From NCBI GenBank assembly GCA_034530615.2, contig JAVRCV020000043.1:1-64000 (forward strand): a stretch of 64,000 nucleotides of DNA, written 5' to 3'. This document shows, piece after piece, positions 28,852-39,591 of this stretch (the stretch's first letter is position 1; each line of letters begins with the position of its first letter). This DNA is from Aulosira sp. ZfuVER01. Lineage in GTDB: Bacteria; Cyanobacteriota; Cyanobacteriia; Cyanobacteriales; Nostocaceae. A program made the position numbers and the translations under genes. The notes under the pieces were generated by a model that saw only the letters and a program-made list of their open reading frames with translations, did no database searches and was not told the origin of the DNA.

Positions 28852-29343
28852 TTAAAGTGCTGGAGCTTCAGTTGCAGTTATGCCACTTAGATCCCTACCT
28901 GTAGAGCGCCCGTTATAGCCTTGGTAGTCGCGGTATCTTTGCGCTTCGGATTCAGGTACTCGAATTCCTTCTGATGGTGGAGTTACCCAATGAGCGCGGT
29001 GTTGAGCATCGCGGTAGTATACACGCCCGTTTTTAGAAAGGTAGTACTTGCCTTGGGCCCCTTCTTGTTGAGCATTCTTATGCTGGTTGTAGAGGTAGTA
29101 AAGTGCTGCGGCTCCTGCCAAGATTGCTACTTTCTGCCCAGTACCCAATCCTTTCTTAGCTTGGGATTGGTTTGTGATGTTGCGATCGCTCACTGTTCTA
29201 CCAGCAGTATCATCAACTGGTGGTGGTACATTAGCTGTTCGGGAACCTCCGCAGCTAGTCAGCACGGGTACTATTAGCAATGCTGACAGACAAATTGCCA
29301 GCAGACGCGAAACAAATTTACGCTCTCCGTATGTTGTGTTCAT
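28852..29343 (-). CDS. Hypothetical lipoprotein
   Basis: Signal peptide with lipobox-like LTSC; conserved-looking YYLSKNGRVYYRD. Confidence 0.75.
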   Translation of the reverse strand: MNTTYGERKFVSRLLAICLSALLIVPVLTSCGGSRTANVPPPVDDTAGRTVSDRNITNQSQAKKGLGTGQKVAILAGAAALYYLYNQHKNAQQEGAQGKYYLSKNGRVYYRDAQHRAHWVTPPSEGIRVPESEAQRYRDYQGYNGRSTGRDLSGITATEAPAL

Positions 29344-29820
29344 CGTTTTTCTGGATTAACTGCATTTGCTAAAGCCGTGCTGTTGCAAAAACAGAATTGG
29401 AATTCCGAGTATTTTTCCTGACATAGAAAAAATATTGGGCGCTCATTCACAACAGCACAAATAAAGCGTTTCACTGTTATGGTGATGCAGTTTCCCAATT
29501 ATTCCATCCTGCCTTTGAAAGAAACTGTATTCATCCTTAGGAAATATGTTGTGAATTAAGCAAGTAGTTTTCTTATGTTTTTGGCAGGGGGTAGCGATCG
29601 CTATTCTTCAGCGCACAGAATTTCTCATAAATCCACAAATCTAGATTTTTGTCTATTTTAAAACTCAGTATTATTACTCTATTAAAGTTTTGTGCTTATT
29701 TTTAGTTAATAAATGCAGAGATTGTTCATAATTTTTAAGCTATTTTTCGATGCTTTCTCAGTAGGCAATGTAAAAAACATAAAACTATCATAGTGATAGC
29801 AAGTTAAATAGGCTACACGA

Positions 29821-30501
29821 ATGAGTTTAAAACAGAATAACTTACAGGCGGCAAATCAAAGTAAAACTCGTCTGCTTTTAGCTTTGTGGGATTTGGGAGG
29901 AACGCAGCAAGAAGTAACAAAAGGTTTACTAGCCAAGAGAATTGTACCCAAAGGCAAGAAGGTAGCAGATTATCAAGGCATCTTTGAAGAATTGCAGAAA
30001 CAAGGAGCGATCGCAATCTCCAAAAAAGGATACTCTTTGGCATCTCCCAAGGGTTTAGAGGTATTGGGTAAGGGTTTGAAAGATAGCGATTTTAAGTTTG
30101 AAGGGACGATTGTTGGTACTTGGGCGGCTAATGCGCTGGTGCGGTGGATTAGCCAAATAGATGTGGCAGTAGCTAGTACATCTGCATTAGTTAATGGGAA
30201 AAGTGCGAGAGATGCGATCGCATCTTACGAACAGTTCAAGCCAGTGGCGTTGGAAGTGTACGACAAGCTAAATAGAGACTACAACCTCAATCACCTAGTT
30301 CCAATTTATCGAATTAGAAGGGAAGTAGGTGAGTATGTCAGCCGTTCTGATTTCAATGATTGGCTATTGGAAATGCAAGCTGACGATATTTTACAACTAC
30401 AAGGCGGCACTGTAGAAGACAGCGCACCCGACAAAATAGAAGATTCAATCACTACGGAACTTGATGGATTACGCTGCTATGCCAAGCTGCTGAAACCGTA
30501 A
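29821..30501 (+). CDS. Hypothetical protein (predicted winged-helix domains), first gene of the operon
   Basis: 226-aa ORF; C-terminal LVPIYRIRRE...R..F..WL. Confidence 0.75.
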   Translation: MSLKQNNLQAANQSKTRLLLALWDLGGTQQEVTKGLLAKRIVPKGKKVADYQGIFEELQKQGAIAISKKGYSLASPKGLEVLGKGLKDSDFKFEGTIVGTWAANALVRWISQIDVAVASTSALVNGKSARDAIASYEQFKPVALEVYDKLNRDYNLNHLVPIYRIRREVGEYVSRSDFNDWLLEMQADDILQLQGGTVEDSAPDKIEDSITTELDGLRCYAKLLKP

Positions 30502-30538
30502 ACTTTTCTAGCTCCTCATTAATTAATTTCAGAATAAT

Positions 30539-32437
30539 ATGATTGCTACCTCATCTAATATTGACGAACTGATCAGAACTCAAAACCCATTTGCTGGGCA
30601 TATTGTTGTTAGACCACAACAGATATGGGGAAAGAGTTTTCCTGATGTGCCTTCAATAAATGCTCATGCCTCTAATGCAGTTTTTGAGGCTGTTGAAAAT
30701 ATCCGTAAAGGAAAGCGTGACACTGTAGGTATCACGATTACAGCTGAAAAAGGACTAGGCAAAAGTCATATTATTAGCCGGATTCGCCACCGAATACAGG
30801 TAGAAGACGGTACATTATTTGTCTATATGAGTAAGTATGACAACTTAAATCAAATAAAATACCAATTTCTGCAAACAATTGCCTCTAGCCTGAGAGCTTT
30901 TGGCAGTAGAAAGGTGATGCAATGGCAAGAAATTGCAGCAGCTTTAATGAACGAAGTCAAGAATTGGAGCTATACACCAGAGCAATATATTAGTTTATAT
31001 CCAAGTTGGTTAACTAAATACTCAACTAAAGCAATTGATCACTTAACCGAACTAGTTTTACAAATCAAGCCTGAAATCACCAATCCTTACATCATTAAAG
31101 CAATTTTATGGACATTATCTACAGTTCATGCTAACTATGCAACTTATTGGCTATCTGGTTTGGAATTAACCCAAGCGCAAGCTGAAGCGATGGGTTTACC
31201 TAATCATAAAAATGAAGATAGAGAGGCTGAGTCATTAAGCATGGTTCGCCAGATTTTAGATATAACTAGCAATTATAGAATTCCAGTAATTTGCTTTGAT
31301 GAAGTAGATATTGCTGATATATCTGATACAGGTTTTACAACAGCACAACTTATTGCAAATTTAGTGAAGGATTTATATAACAGTCTCAAACGAGGAGTTT
31401 TACTACTGGCTATTTATCCTGAAACTTGGAATGAGCAAATTAGGGTATTACCACAATCTGAAGCAGTTATTGATAGATTAGTGAGTGAACAGTCTGATCG
31501 GCAACCTATAGCATTGAAATATCTAAATGCTGATGATATTGTTGCAGTTGTTTATCAATGGCTAAAAGAATTTTATCAAGAAAATCAAATAACTGCGCCA
31601 CATAATCTTTATCCATTTGATGAAGCAAAACTTAGAGATATAGGTAGAAGTAAACCAACTATTAGATCACTTTTAAAGTGGTGTGCAGAAAATTTTGTGG
31701 CTAAACTCCCTAATCCTCTGGATCAAGGGAACCCAGATATTATTGACAACTCAACACAAAATAACCATCCGGTTAAAGCATACTTCAATAATGAATTAGC
31801 AAATGTTGAAGCTTCCATAGATTCTTTAATGGAAGAAGAAGCAACAATTGCTGATGCTCTTTGGCTAGCTTTCAACAGCCTAATAGGAAAAACTTTAGAG
31901 GGAGTAACAATTGAATCTCTTGAAGAAGTAGAGCCTAGTGCAGCAAATAATGGTTTTATGGATTTTAAAATTATTGGTAATAAAAGAAAAGTAAGAATAG
32001 GAGTAGATGTAGTTCAACAAGACCGTAATGTTATAAGTGCTGCCTTGGCACGACTAATTGATTATAAAACATTTGATCTAACTCGCGGTTGTTTGGTGCG
32101 TTCAAAAACAATTAGTTCAAAGGCAACATTAGCTAGAAATCATTTGAGAAAACTTTTGCAAGAACAAGGTGGAGAGTGGGTAGGCTTGCAAAGCCAACAT
32201 ATTAAACCTCTGTTAGCTATCTATTGTGTTTGGTATAACAGTGAGAGCTATGAACTGACGGAAGAACAGATATTTGACTTTATTGAGCAGAAACAGCTAG
32301 CAATAAATAATCCTTTAATTCGAGAAATTATCAGCGATCCTTCTGGGCAAGAACCTGACAATTTAACTGATGATGACTTACCTATGAGAATTCCTCAGAG
32401 TGTTGCTACTACCGATAATGTCGAACTAACACTATAG
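30539..32437 (+). CDS. P-loop NTPase (AAA-like)
   Basis: N-terminal NPF, Walker A AEKGLGKS, Walker B VICFDEVD. Confidence 0.85.
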   Translation: MIATSSNIDELIRTQNPFAGHIVVRPQQIWGKSFPDVPSINAHASNAVFEAVENIRKGKRDTVGITITAEKGLGKSHIISRIRHRIQVEDGTLFVYMSKYDNLNQIKYQFLQTIASSLRAFGSRKVMQWQEIAAALMNEVKNWSYTPEQYISLYPSWLTKYSTKAIDHLTELVLQIKPEITNPYIIKAILWTLSTVHANYATYWLSGLELTQAQAEAMGLPNHKNEDREAESLSMVRQILDITSNYRIPVICFDEVDIADISDTGFTTAQLIANLVKDLYNSLKRGVLLLAIYPETWNEQIRVLPQSEAVIDRLVSEQSDRQPIALKYLNADDIVAVVYQWLKEFYQENQITAPHNLYPFDEAKLRDIGRSKPTIRSLLKWCAENFVAKLPNPLDQGNPDIIDNSTQNNHPVKAYFNNELANVEASIDSLMEEEATIADALWLAFNSLIGKTLEGVTIESLEEVEPSAANNGFMDFKIIGNKRKVRIGVDVVQQDRNVISAALARLIDYKTFDLTRGCLVRSKTISSKATLARNHLRKLLQEQGGEWVGLQSQHIKPLLAIYCVWYNSESYELTEEQIFDFIEQKQLAINNPLIREIISDPSGQEPDNLTDDDLPMRIPQSVATTDNVELTL

Positions 32438-32447
32438 CTAAATAGAA

Positions 32448-33917
32448 ATGAATCAGCTGTTTTCACTACCAACAGCGCTGTGTTTACCCGTCCCTGATAT
32501 TGAAGCATTAATACAGGGGCGAACAATTGCAGCTTTACCTAGAATGTTTCTTCGTCCTGGGCAAAAATTTGCACTTTATCCCCTGGATACTTCAGCAAAT
32601 TCGCTTTCAATTGAGCAATACTACCGCACAAATTTTTTATCTATTGCTCAAACTGCTAACAAACAAGTTAATTCTGAGACAGTTTCAATTAAAGCTTGGG
32701 CTAAATGCGAACTTTGCCAAATTCTAGACAAAACTAAACCTTTAGATGTTTTATCTCAATTAACAATATGGAGTCCAGAAGCTTTTGAGGCAATAATACA
32801 GAAACAACAGAATATTTTTCTAGCTTACTTGCGAGTTTATAATTTACCTCAGGTATACCAAGTTTCAGCTAATCCCAATATTCAAGACAAAATAGGTAAG
32901 TTTGTTAGTTTATCTAATATTTCTGGGTCTGAAGCTAAACCTATATTAAGCGATCGCATCTTCGCCCAACGCAAACGTAAGTTAGAAAAATTAGAACCAT
33001 CACTACATAGTGAATTGGAAGAATTACAGAGTCAAATAACGCAACTATGTAACATCAACCCATCTGCACAACAACTAAATTATGACATCAACAACTTTCT
33101 TGGCTGGAGTAGCGAACATTCAGCAAATCTCATTGATTCAGACTTAGTTTGGATTGAGAAAATTGCGGAGATTGGAAATTCTAGCGAGGGTCATCAATTT
33201 GAAAAATTAGTACGTCGGGGATTACTAAAATTGGGCTTTACAGGTTCAGGTCTTGAGCCAAACTCAACAGGCGGAGCCGGAGGTATGGATTTTTATGCTG
33301 AAGCACCTTACCCGATAGTGGGAGAGTGTAAAGCAACTAAAACTGAGAGAGTATCTGATGGTACACCTGCACAGTTACTAAAAATAGGTATGAACCATCT
33401 AGGTAAAACTCAGTATGATAATTCTCTTAAATTAATTGTAGCGGCTGGAGAACTTAATTTTTACGCTTTGAGAACAGCTACGGAAAATCACATGAATGTA
33501 ATTAGCCCTGAAACTCTACAGAATCTAGTTGAACTACAAGCACAATATAAAAACTCTATTGACTTGTTAGAACTGAAAAAGTGTTTACAACAAGCTCCTT
33601 TCGGTTTAGCTGACGATAAAGTTACCAACTATATAGAGAAAATTAAAAATAATATTAATTTGCGATCGCAGATCATCAAAACAGTGAAAGAACTTTCTGA
33701 ACAGGATAACGAAAGTTCACCAGCTACACATCAGTGTTTTACAGTGACAGAAATTCGCGTGCATTACAATGCAAAGCACAACCCTAAGCACACTGATGAG
33801 ACAGTTCGAGAGTTAGTTATTGAACTATCATCACCCTTAACAGGCTATTTAGGACGAGAAAGGGGAAGTGATTGGAAAAGCGATCGCTTTTACTACCTAC
33901 GCGATTTACCCCTTTAG
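32448..33917 (+). CDS. DUF1802-like domain fused to a restriction-endonuclease-like (PD-(D/E)xK, Mrr-like) domain
   Basis: N-terminal IEALIQGR...YLRVY; central FEKLV...LGF...GGMDF...VGECK. Confidence 0.75.
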   Translation: MNQLFSLPTALCLPVPDIEALIQGRTIAALPRMFLRPGQKFALYPLDTSANSLSIEQYYRTNFLSIAQTANKQVNSETVSIKAWAKCELCQILDKTKPLDVLSQLTIWSPEAFEAIIQKQQNIFLAYLRVYNLPQVYQVSANPNIQDKIGKFVSLSNISGSEAKPILSDRIFAQRKRKLEKLEPSLHSELEELQSQITQLCNINPSAQQLNYDINNFLGWSSEHSANLIDSDLVWIEKIAEIGNSSEGHQFEKLVRRGLLKLGFTGSGLEPNSTGGAGGMDFYAEAPYPIVGECKATKTERVSDGTPAQLLKIGMNHLGKTQYDNSLKLIVAAGELNFYALRTATENHMNVISPETLQNLVELQAQYKNSIDLLELKKCLQQAPFGLADDKVTNYIEKIKNNINLRSQIIKTVKELSEQDNESSPATHQCFTVTEIRVHYNAKHNPKHTDETVRELVIELSSPLTGYLGRERGSDWKSDRFYYLRDLPL

Positions 33918-33959
33918 TTCTCTTACCTTCGCGTACTTTCGTGTAAAAAGTACGCTCGT

Positions 33960-34322
33960 TTATCCTAGCGTCAATATTCCAACCTGATAATTAACCACCA
34001 ACGGTAAAATCTTTAACCACTCTGAACCTAACAATACCTCTGTAATTTCATCCCCTGCATAAACAGGAATTTGATACTCCTGTCCATCCAAGAGGATCGT
34101 ACCCGAATAAATTAAAAATTTTGTTTCTCCCTGTGCAGTTCGCAAACGTTCTTTACCAACGTAAAGCCAATTTAGATCGTTTATGTCTTGTTTATTCATA
34201 GCTACAAAGCCTGTAAAACCAGTATCTAACATGACATCTACAGGCAGATTTAGCCGATCATTAGTAATCAAATCTATTTCAAAAAATAGCTGCCCCTCAC
34301 TACCAAAAATACCCTGAATCAT
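33960..34322 (-). CDS. Clan AA (retropepsin-like) aspartic protease
   Basis: Motifs MLDTGFTG and LLGSEWL. Confidence 0.85.
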   Translation of the reverse strand: MIQGIFGSEGQLFFEIDLITNDRLNLPVDVMLDTGFTGFVAMNKQDINDLNWLYVGKERLRTAQGETKFLIYSGTILLDGQEYQIPVYAGDEITEVLLGSEWLKILPLVVNYQVGILTLG

Positions 34323-34636
34323 ATTCTGCCAGTAGTACCTGTTTCATTCAGACAATATACAAAATGGTCTTTATTAGGGTATTTCTCAAGAACTTTTTTG
34401 TGAGCTTGCATTCTATCTGCATCAATAAAGTAATCACCACTATCAGGCTCTACGCCAACATACCAACCATAGTGTTCTTGAATCAAATCGGGACGTACAC
34501 GCTCAAAAATTGCCCAACAACGCCGATCAAATGCTTCATCTTCAGCTTTACATCTAGCAAGTTCTTCTGGCGATAAAGTTCGTTCTGGAAAAATGCGCCC
34601 TCTACGTGCAGGTTGTTTTGGTGTTGATTGCATCAC
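34319..34636 (-). CDS. Hypothetical protein coupled to the aspartic protease
   Basis: Stop overlaps the protease start (ATGA); L...H.GWY..VEPDSGDYF motif. Confidence 0.75.
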   Translation of the reverse strand: MMQSTPKQPARRGRIFPERTLSPEELARCKAEDEAFDRRCWAIFERVRPDLIQEHYGWYVGVEPDSGDYFIDADRMQAHKKVLEKYPNKDHFVYCLNETGTTGRI

Positions 34637-34747
34637 ACTCTTAACCTCAATTCTGACTACTGCTTTTAATTCATTTTACAACTATCAAATTCTTTAACAT
34701 ATTTCCAGACATACAGACATGAACACAAGTTTTCACACAAATGAGGT

Positions 34748-34846
34748 GCGTAGACGTAGCCAGTCTTAGACATCGCTTTTACTACCTACGTAGCTTCCCT
34801 CTATGTGTTTTAAAAATGCGTAGGCGTAGCCCGTCGTAGACATCGC
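34748..34846. repeat. Two 21-nt SDR5-type elements, each inserted into a HIP1 site
   Basis: GCG[TAGACGTAGCCAGTCTTAGAC]ATCGC with insert at 34751-34771, and GCG[TAGGCGTAGCCCGTCGTAGAC]ATCGC with insert at 34821-34841. Confidence 0.85.
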
Positions 34847-34962
34847 ACTTTGCTTAAATTAAGTTAACAGAGACATAAATGCGATCGCCCCATCACCCCG
34901 CATCCTCTATTAGCTGAACTCCTGGTAAACTAACCAGACTCACACGCTTCAGCAATTCATTT

Positions 34963-35778
34963 ATGACTAAAAAATTAGCATTTCTCACCATACATGGTAT
35001 GGGAGAAACAGATAAGGAGTATTACCAAATTCTCAAACAATCTCTAGAAAAACCTTTAGGTAAAGATATTTGGGCTAAAGTTCACTTTGAGCCAATTCAC
35101 TATCAATCAGATCTGCAAGATTACCAATATAGCGTTTGGGAAAAGATGCGCCAAAGTGCCCCTTTATCTTGGCAAGATTTGCGAAAATTTATGCTGTTTG
35201 GGTTTAGCGATGTATCTGCATTAGAACATCGTGCAACAGATGACGGTAGTGTTTACAAAAAAATTCAAAAATCTATTATTTATTCTTTAAAAATTGCTAG
35301 AGCAGAATTTTCTAATAATGATGTACCTATCATCATTTTGGCTCATTCCTTAGGTTGCCAAGTTATCTCGAATTATCTTTGGGATACTCAAAAAGATAAA
35401 GGCATTTGGCAGGTAGGTAGCCCAGATTATCCAGAATTTCAGCCAGAACAAGAAGATTTTTTAAAATTAAAATCGTTAAGATATCTCTTTACTACTGGCT
35501 GTAATATTCCGCTATTTATAGCAGGATTTGCAGAAATTGTAGCAATTCCTAAGCCTAATCCTAATTTTAAATGGTTTAACTATTACGACAAAGATGATAT
35601 TTTAGGCTGGCCATTAAAACCGCTATCGCCTTCGTATGATTTAGCAGTAGAGAAGGATATAGAAATTGATTCAGGAAATCTTTGGCAATCATGGAATCCC
35701 CAAAGCCATGATGGTTATTGGGCTGATGAAGACTTTATCGCACATTTAACTCAAATAATTAAGAGTTTTAATGTGTAG
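34963..35778 (+). CDS. Alpha/beta-hydrolase-like hypothetical protein
   Basis: IHGMG, nucleophile elbow AHSLG, D.DDILG, C-terminal SH..YW. Confidence 0.75.
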   Translation: MTKKLAFLTIHGMGETDKEYYQILKQSLEKPLGKDIWAKVHFEPIHYQSDLQDYQYSVWEKMRQSAPLSWQDLRKFMLFGFSDVSALEHRATDDGSVYKKIQKSIIYSLKIARAEFSNNDVPIIILAHSLGCQVISNYLWDTQKDKGIWQVGSPDYPEFQPEQEDFLKLKSLRYLFTTGCNIPLFIAGFAEIVAIPKPNPNFKWFNYYDKDDILGWPLKPLSPSYDLAVEKDIEIDSGNLWQSWNPQSHDGYWADEDFIAHLTQIIKSFNV

Positions 35779-35999
35779 TCAACACTGTTGGGTAAATGCA
35801 AACTTTAGATCACGCAGAGCCGCAGAGTCGCAGAGGAGAATGCAAGAGTGTGTTTAAAAATATGAAAACTGCTGTTAAACAGTTAAACATCCGAAAAATA
35901 GAAGTTTGAGCTTCTATTCTTAGGATGCTTAACCATAAAAAATTGTCGCATTGGCAACAATACGGGAAGAGAATCCGATTGATGTTTTAGATGTATCCG

Positions 36000-37586
36000 T
36001 CAGCCGACAGAAACTTTTAAACTGCTAGGTTGTCCCAGATTACCATGCAACACCACACCTCGCTGATTGGCGTGCAAGTGACGCAGAATTATGTAAATTG
36101 CCTCAATTTGTTCTGCTGCGCCTGCTTTTTCGGCAATTTCTTCTAAAGTAAGAGCAGATTTTGCGTTTTGCAGTACTTCAATGACGCTTTTTTGTAAGTC
36201 AAGAATAGCTGCGGCGGCTTTTTTACCAGCTTCTACCCCTGGTTGATGGTAAGCGTTGATGTTGACCAAGCTAGCATACAAGCCAACAGCACGCTCATAC
36301 AAAGCAATTAACGCCCCGACAGTTCGAGCATTAACTTGGGGAATGGTAACTGTGATGGAATCGCGGTGATTTTCGTAAAGTGCTTGGCGAGTTCCTTGCA
36401 GAAAGCCTGAAAGATAATCGCCTGCTGTCACACCAGGATCGATTTCTGGAGATGGACTTTTACGATCTTCTAAAACTTCGATTAAGGTAGCGAAGAAATT
36501 TGGTACACCTTCGCGCAACTGTTGCACATAGGCGTGTTGATCCGTTGAGCCTTTGTTACCGTAAACAGCGATACCTTGATAGACAGTGTTACCATCTAAG
36601 TCTTTTTCTTTCCCCAAGGATTCCATTACCAGCTGTTGCAGATAACGGCTGAACAAAAGCAAGCTGTCCTTGTAGGGAAGTACAACCATGTCTTTTTCAC
36701 CCTTGCCATTACCAGAAAAATACCAAGATAAGGCAAGTAGAGCCGCTGGGTTATTTTTCACGTCAGCTACACGGGTGGCGTCATCCATTTCTTTAGCACC
36801 CTCTAGCATGGCGCGAATATCTATGCCTTGCAATGCGGCGGGTACTAAGCCAACTGTAGACATTTCTGAGGTGCGTCCTCCCACCCAGTCATACATGGGG
36901 AATCTAGCCAGCCAGCCTTCAGCCTTTGCGACTTTATCTAGATTACTATCTACGCTAGTAATCGCTACAGCATATTGGGCAAATTCTAAATTTTGCCCAG
37001 CATAGGCTTTTTTGACTTCAATCATGCCATTGCGCGGTTCAGGTGTTCCCCCAGATTTCGAGATCACCAAAACTAAAGTGCTAGCAAGGCTATTACGCAA
37101 GTGAGTGAGAATGCGATCGATCCCCGCCGGATCGGTATTGTCGATAAAGTGAATTTTTAGCGGTGGGAAATCAGGGGAAAGGGCTTCAGCGACAAATTCT
37201 GGGCCGAGTGCAGAGCCGCCAATACCAATAGAGATAATATCGGTGAAGCGTTGAGCTCGAGGAGGATGAATAGCACCTGTTTGGATTTTTTCCGCAAAGG
37301 CTTCGATTTGTTCTAAGGTTTGGACAATTTCTTGCGTCAGTTCTGGAGTAGGTGCTAAATCAGGATTTCGCAGCCAGTAATGTCCAACCATGCGATTTTC
37401 GTCCGGATTCGCGATCGCACCTTTCTCCAGTGCAGCCATATCCGCAAACGCCTTATCAAACTTCGGCCGCAACGATTCCACAAAGGTATCATCAAACCGC
37501 ATCCGACTTACATCTAAGTACAGTCCTAATCCCTCGTGGAAATATAACCAGTTCTGGTATCGTTGCCAAAGTGCCCTAGCATCCAT
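36000..37586 (-). CDS. pgi: Glucose-6-phosphate isomerase
   Basis: Motifs [34 protein letters not shown]. Confidence 0.97.
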   Translation of the reverse strand: MDARALWQRYQNWLYFHEGLGLYLDVSRMRFDDTFVESLRPKFDKAFADMAALEKGAIANPDENRMVGHYWLRNPDLAPTPELTQEIVQTLEQIEAFAEKIQTGAIHPPRAQRFTDIISIGIGGSALGPEFVAEALSPDFPPLKIHFIDNTDPAGIDRILTHLRNSLASTLVLVISKSGGTPEPRNGMIEVKKAYAGQNLEFAQYAVAITSVDSNLDKVAKAEGWLARFPMYDWVGGRTSEMSTVGLVPAALQGIDIRAMLEGAKEMDDATRVADVKNNPAALLALSWYFSGNGKGEKDMVVLPYKDSLLLFSRYLQQLVMESLGKEKDLDGNTVYQGIAVYGNKGSTDQHAYVQQLREGVPNFFATLIEVLEDRKSPSPEIDPGVTAGDYLSGFLQGTRQALYENHRDSITVTIPQVNARTVGALIALYERAVGLYASLVNINAYHQPGVEAGKKAAAAILDLQKSVIEVLQNAKSALTLEEIAEKAGAAEQIEAIYIILRHLHANQRGVVLHGNLGQPSSLKVSVG

Positions 37587-37691
37587 AGGGAAATCTCAAG
37601 TAAAGTGTTTTTCAAAAACCAGTTTAATGTAAGGTTATAGCGATCCCTGCTTTGCCTTATACAGTTTTAAGTGTTGACTTAACTTATGCCC

Positions 37692-37949
37692 TTAAGCATC
37701 TGGCATAGGTATGACACGCAAAAACTTAACAATTTCACCTCTGACTTCTATCCCAATTAAATAATTATCTATCGTAAAGCGATGAAATATACCCTCATCA
37801 TCCAGTTGCCGCAGTTCTGGAACAGAACGCATTTGCCAGTGGTGAGGGAACTCAGTAAAGACAAAATCATACACCTGCTCATAGGCAGATGGTTCTAAAT
37901 TCTTCAGATCTAATAAAAAAGACCTGGCATAGCGCACTTCTACAATCAC
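37692..37949 (-). CDS. RelE/ParE-like toxin homolog
   Basis: 85 aa, V.Y.RSF..DLK.L and RF.I..Y.IG pattern; 10 nt downstream of a small gene. Confidence 0.65.
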   Translation of the reverse strand: MIVEVRYARSFLLDLKNLEPSAYEQVYDFVFTEFPHHWQMRSVPELRQLDDEGIFHRFTIDNYLIGIEVRGEIVKFLRVIPMPDA

Positions 37950-37959
37950 TAGGAGTCAC

Positions 37960-38157
37960 TCAGAAAAACATTAACAGTCGAATTGCTTCTTCTTGGGTTA
38001 AGATGTCCCACGGTTGCTGCGATCGCTTGACTTGTTCTATCGCTTTTAGCATATAAAAGTCACAATGCAGGTTGTGGACTACATCCCATGTGCTTTGCAG
38101 ATCTTCATCGTCTAACTGCTCGATTAAGTGATGGATTCTCGTTCGTAGTAAATTCAT
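37960..38157 (-). CDS. Small putative antitoxin-like protein
   Basis: 65 aa, RBS GGAG, LT.EEA C-terminus, directly upstream of the RelE-like gene. Confidence 0.6.
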   Translation of the reverse strand: MNLLRTRIHHLIEQLDDEDLQSTWDVVHNLHCDFYMLKAIEQVKRSQQPWDILTQEEAIRLLMFF

Positions 38158-38409
38158 ATAGCACTCCTATTTGATTGTGAACTTACTCGTAGAGGCAGGG
38201 AATAGGGAACAGGGAACAAGAAATAAGGCAGGTAGAGGTTTACAGAATTTTGTTACAAATCAAACCAGATTCTCATCTATTCAGTTATTACCCCTAACCC
38301 AACCATAGTATGCCCATAAATTTGGCAATGGTTAACCCTAATACAACACGATCCTTTACACTACAATCTATTCACTCAGCATGGAGGATGAAGAGAACAA
38401 GGAGGAGAA

Positions 38410-38445
38410 ATGCCCCATGCCCCATGCCCCATGCCCCATGCCCAT
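38410..38445. repeat. STRR heptamer repeat (ATGCCCC)n
   Basis: Tandem ATGCCCC; similar GGGCATG/GGGAATG tract at about 40363-40414. Confidence 0.85.
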
Positions 38446-38457
38446 GACTAAATCTAT

Positions 38458-39591
38458 ATGTTTGAATATTTAATCTTCTTAGCAATTTCTACAGCCACTT
38501 TTGCCCTGTTCGGTTTGGGACTGAACTTGCAGTGGGGCTTTACGGGTTTAATTAACTTTGGTCATATTGCTTTTATGACCTTGGGAGCATACACAACAGT
38601 ATTATTAAGCTTTAAAGGCGTTCCTTTACTTGTTTCGGCAATTATTGGAGCAATTGTCGCCGCTTTGTTGGGTTTGGTAATTGGTTTCGCAACTCTGCGC
38701 TTGCGAGAAGATTATCTCGGAATTGTCACCATCGGCGTGGGAGAACTAATTCGGTTGGTGGTGAATAATCAGGATTTACCTGTGGGTGATACTTGGACAT
38801 CTGGGGCGTTTGGCGTTCAAAGTTACTCGATACCTCTATCCACAACGCCCAATTTATTTTTTAGATTTTTAATGATGGGGCTGCTGACGCTGCTGTTGGC
38901 TGTGACTGTGTTTTCGTTGTGGCGATGGATTAGCAGTACTAGAGTATCTGGCGTTACAGAAACATTGACGAGAAAAACCAGCAAACAAGAATTCGCATCT
39001 CGTTTGGGAGTAGGGATTGTCTTAGGGCTGTTGGCAATCACAGTTTACATTTCTGGGATTATCACCCTGTATAACTACATACCCAAGGCAGGTTTAATGC
39101 TGGTATCGCTGTTAGTATTAGCATTAGTATTCTGGCGCTTGGAAATGTTAGTGCGATCGCCTTGGGGTCGAGTTCTTAAAGCTATCCGCGAAGATGAGGA
39201 AATTCCCAAAGCGCTGGGAAAAAATGTCTTTTGGTATAAATTACAATCCCTGATGTTAGGTGGTGCGATCGCGGGGATTGCTGGTGCTTTCTTTGCTTGG
39301 CAACTCAGTGCGATTTATCCTGATAATTTCCAACCACAGCTAACTTTTGACGCTTGGATTATGGTAATTCTCGGCGGTTCTGGGAATAATATCGGCACGA
39401 TTTTGGGGGCGATAATTTACTTTGCTTATGATGCTTTAACTCGTGAATTCTTGCCGAGAATCATTCCCCTTGATGAAGCACGTCTGGGTGCATTTCGCAT
39501 CATGGTTATCGGTTTAATTTTGATGGTACTGATGATTTGGCGTCCGCAAGGTATCTTAGGGAAAAAGGAGGAACTTACCCTTGGTAAATAA
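38458..39591 (+). CDS. natC: Neutral/branched-chain amino acid ABC transporter permease (LivM-type)
   Basis: Motifs G.TGLINFGH, LRLREDY, AIREDE, LGGSG; overlaps the ATPase gene. Confidence 0.85.
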   Translation: MFEYLIFLAISTATFALFGLGLNLQWGFTGLINFGHIAFMTLGAYTTVLLSFKGVPLLVSAIIGAIVAALLGLVIGFATLRLREDYLGIVTIGVGELIRLVVNNQDLPVGDTWTSGAFGVQSYSIPLSTTPNLFFRFLMMGLLTLLLAVTVFSLWRWISSTRVSGVTETLTRKTSKQEFASRLGVGIVLGLLAITVYISGIITLYNYIPKAGLMLVSLLVLALVFWRLEMLVRSPWGRVLKAIREDEEIPKALGKNVFWYKLQSLMLGGAIAGIAGAFFAWQLSAIYPDNFQPQLTFDAWIMVILGGSGNNIGTILGAIIYFAYDALTREFLPRIIPLDEARLGAFRIMVIGLILMVLMIWRPQGILGKKEELTLGK

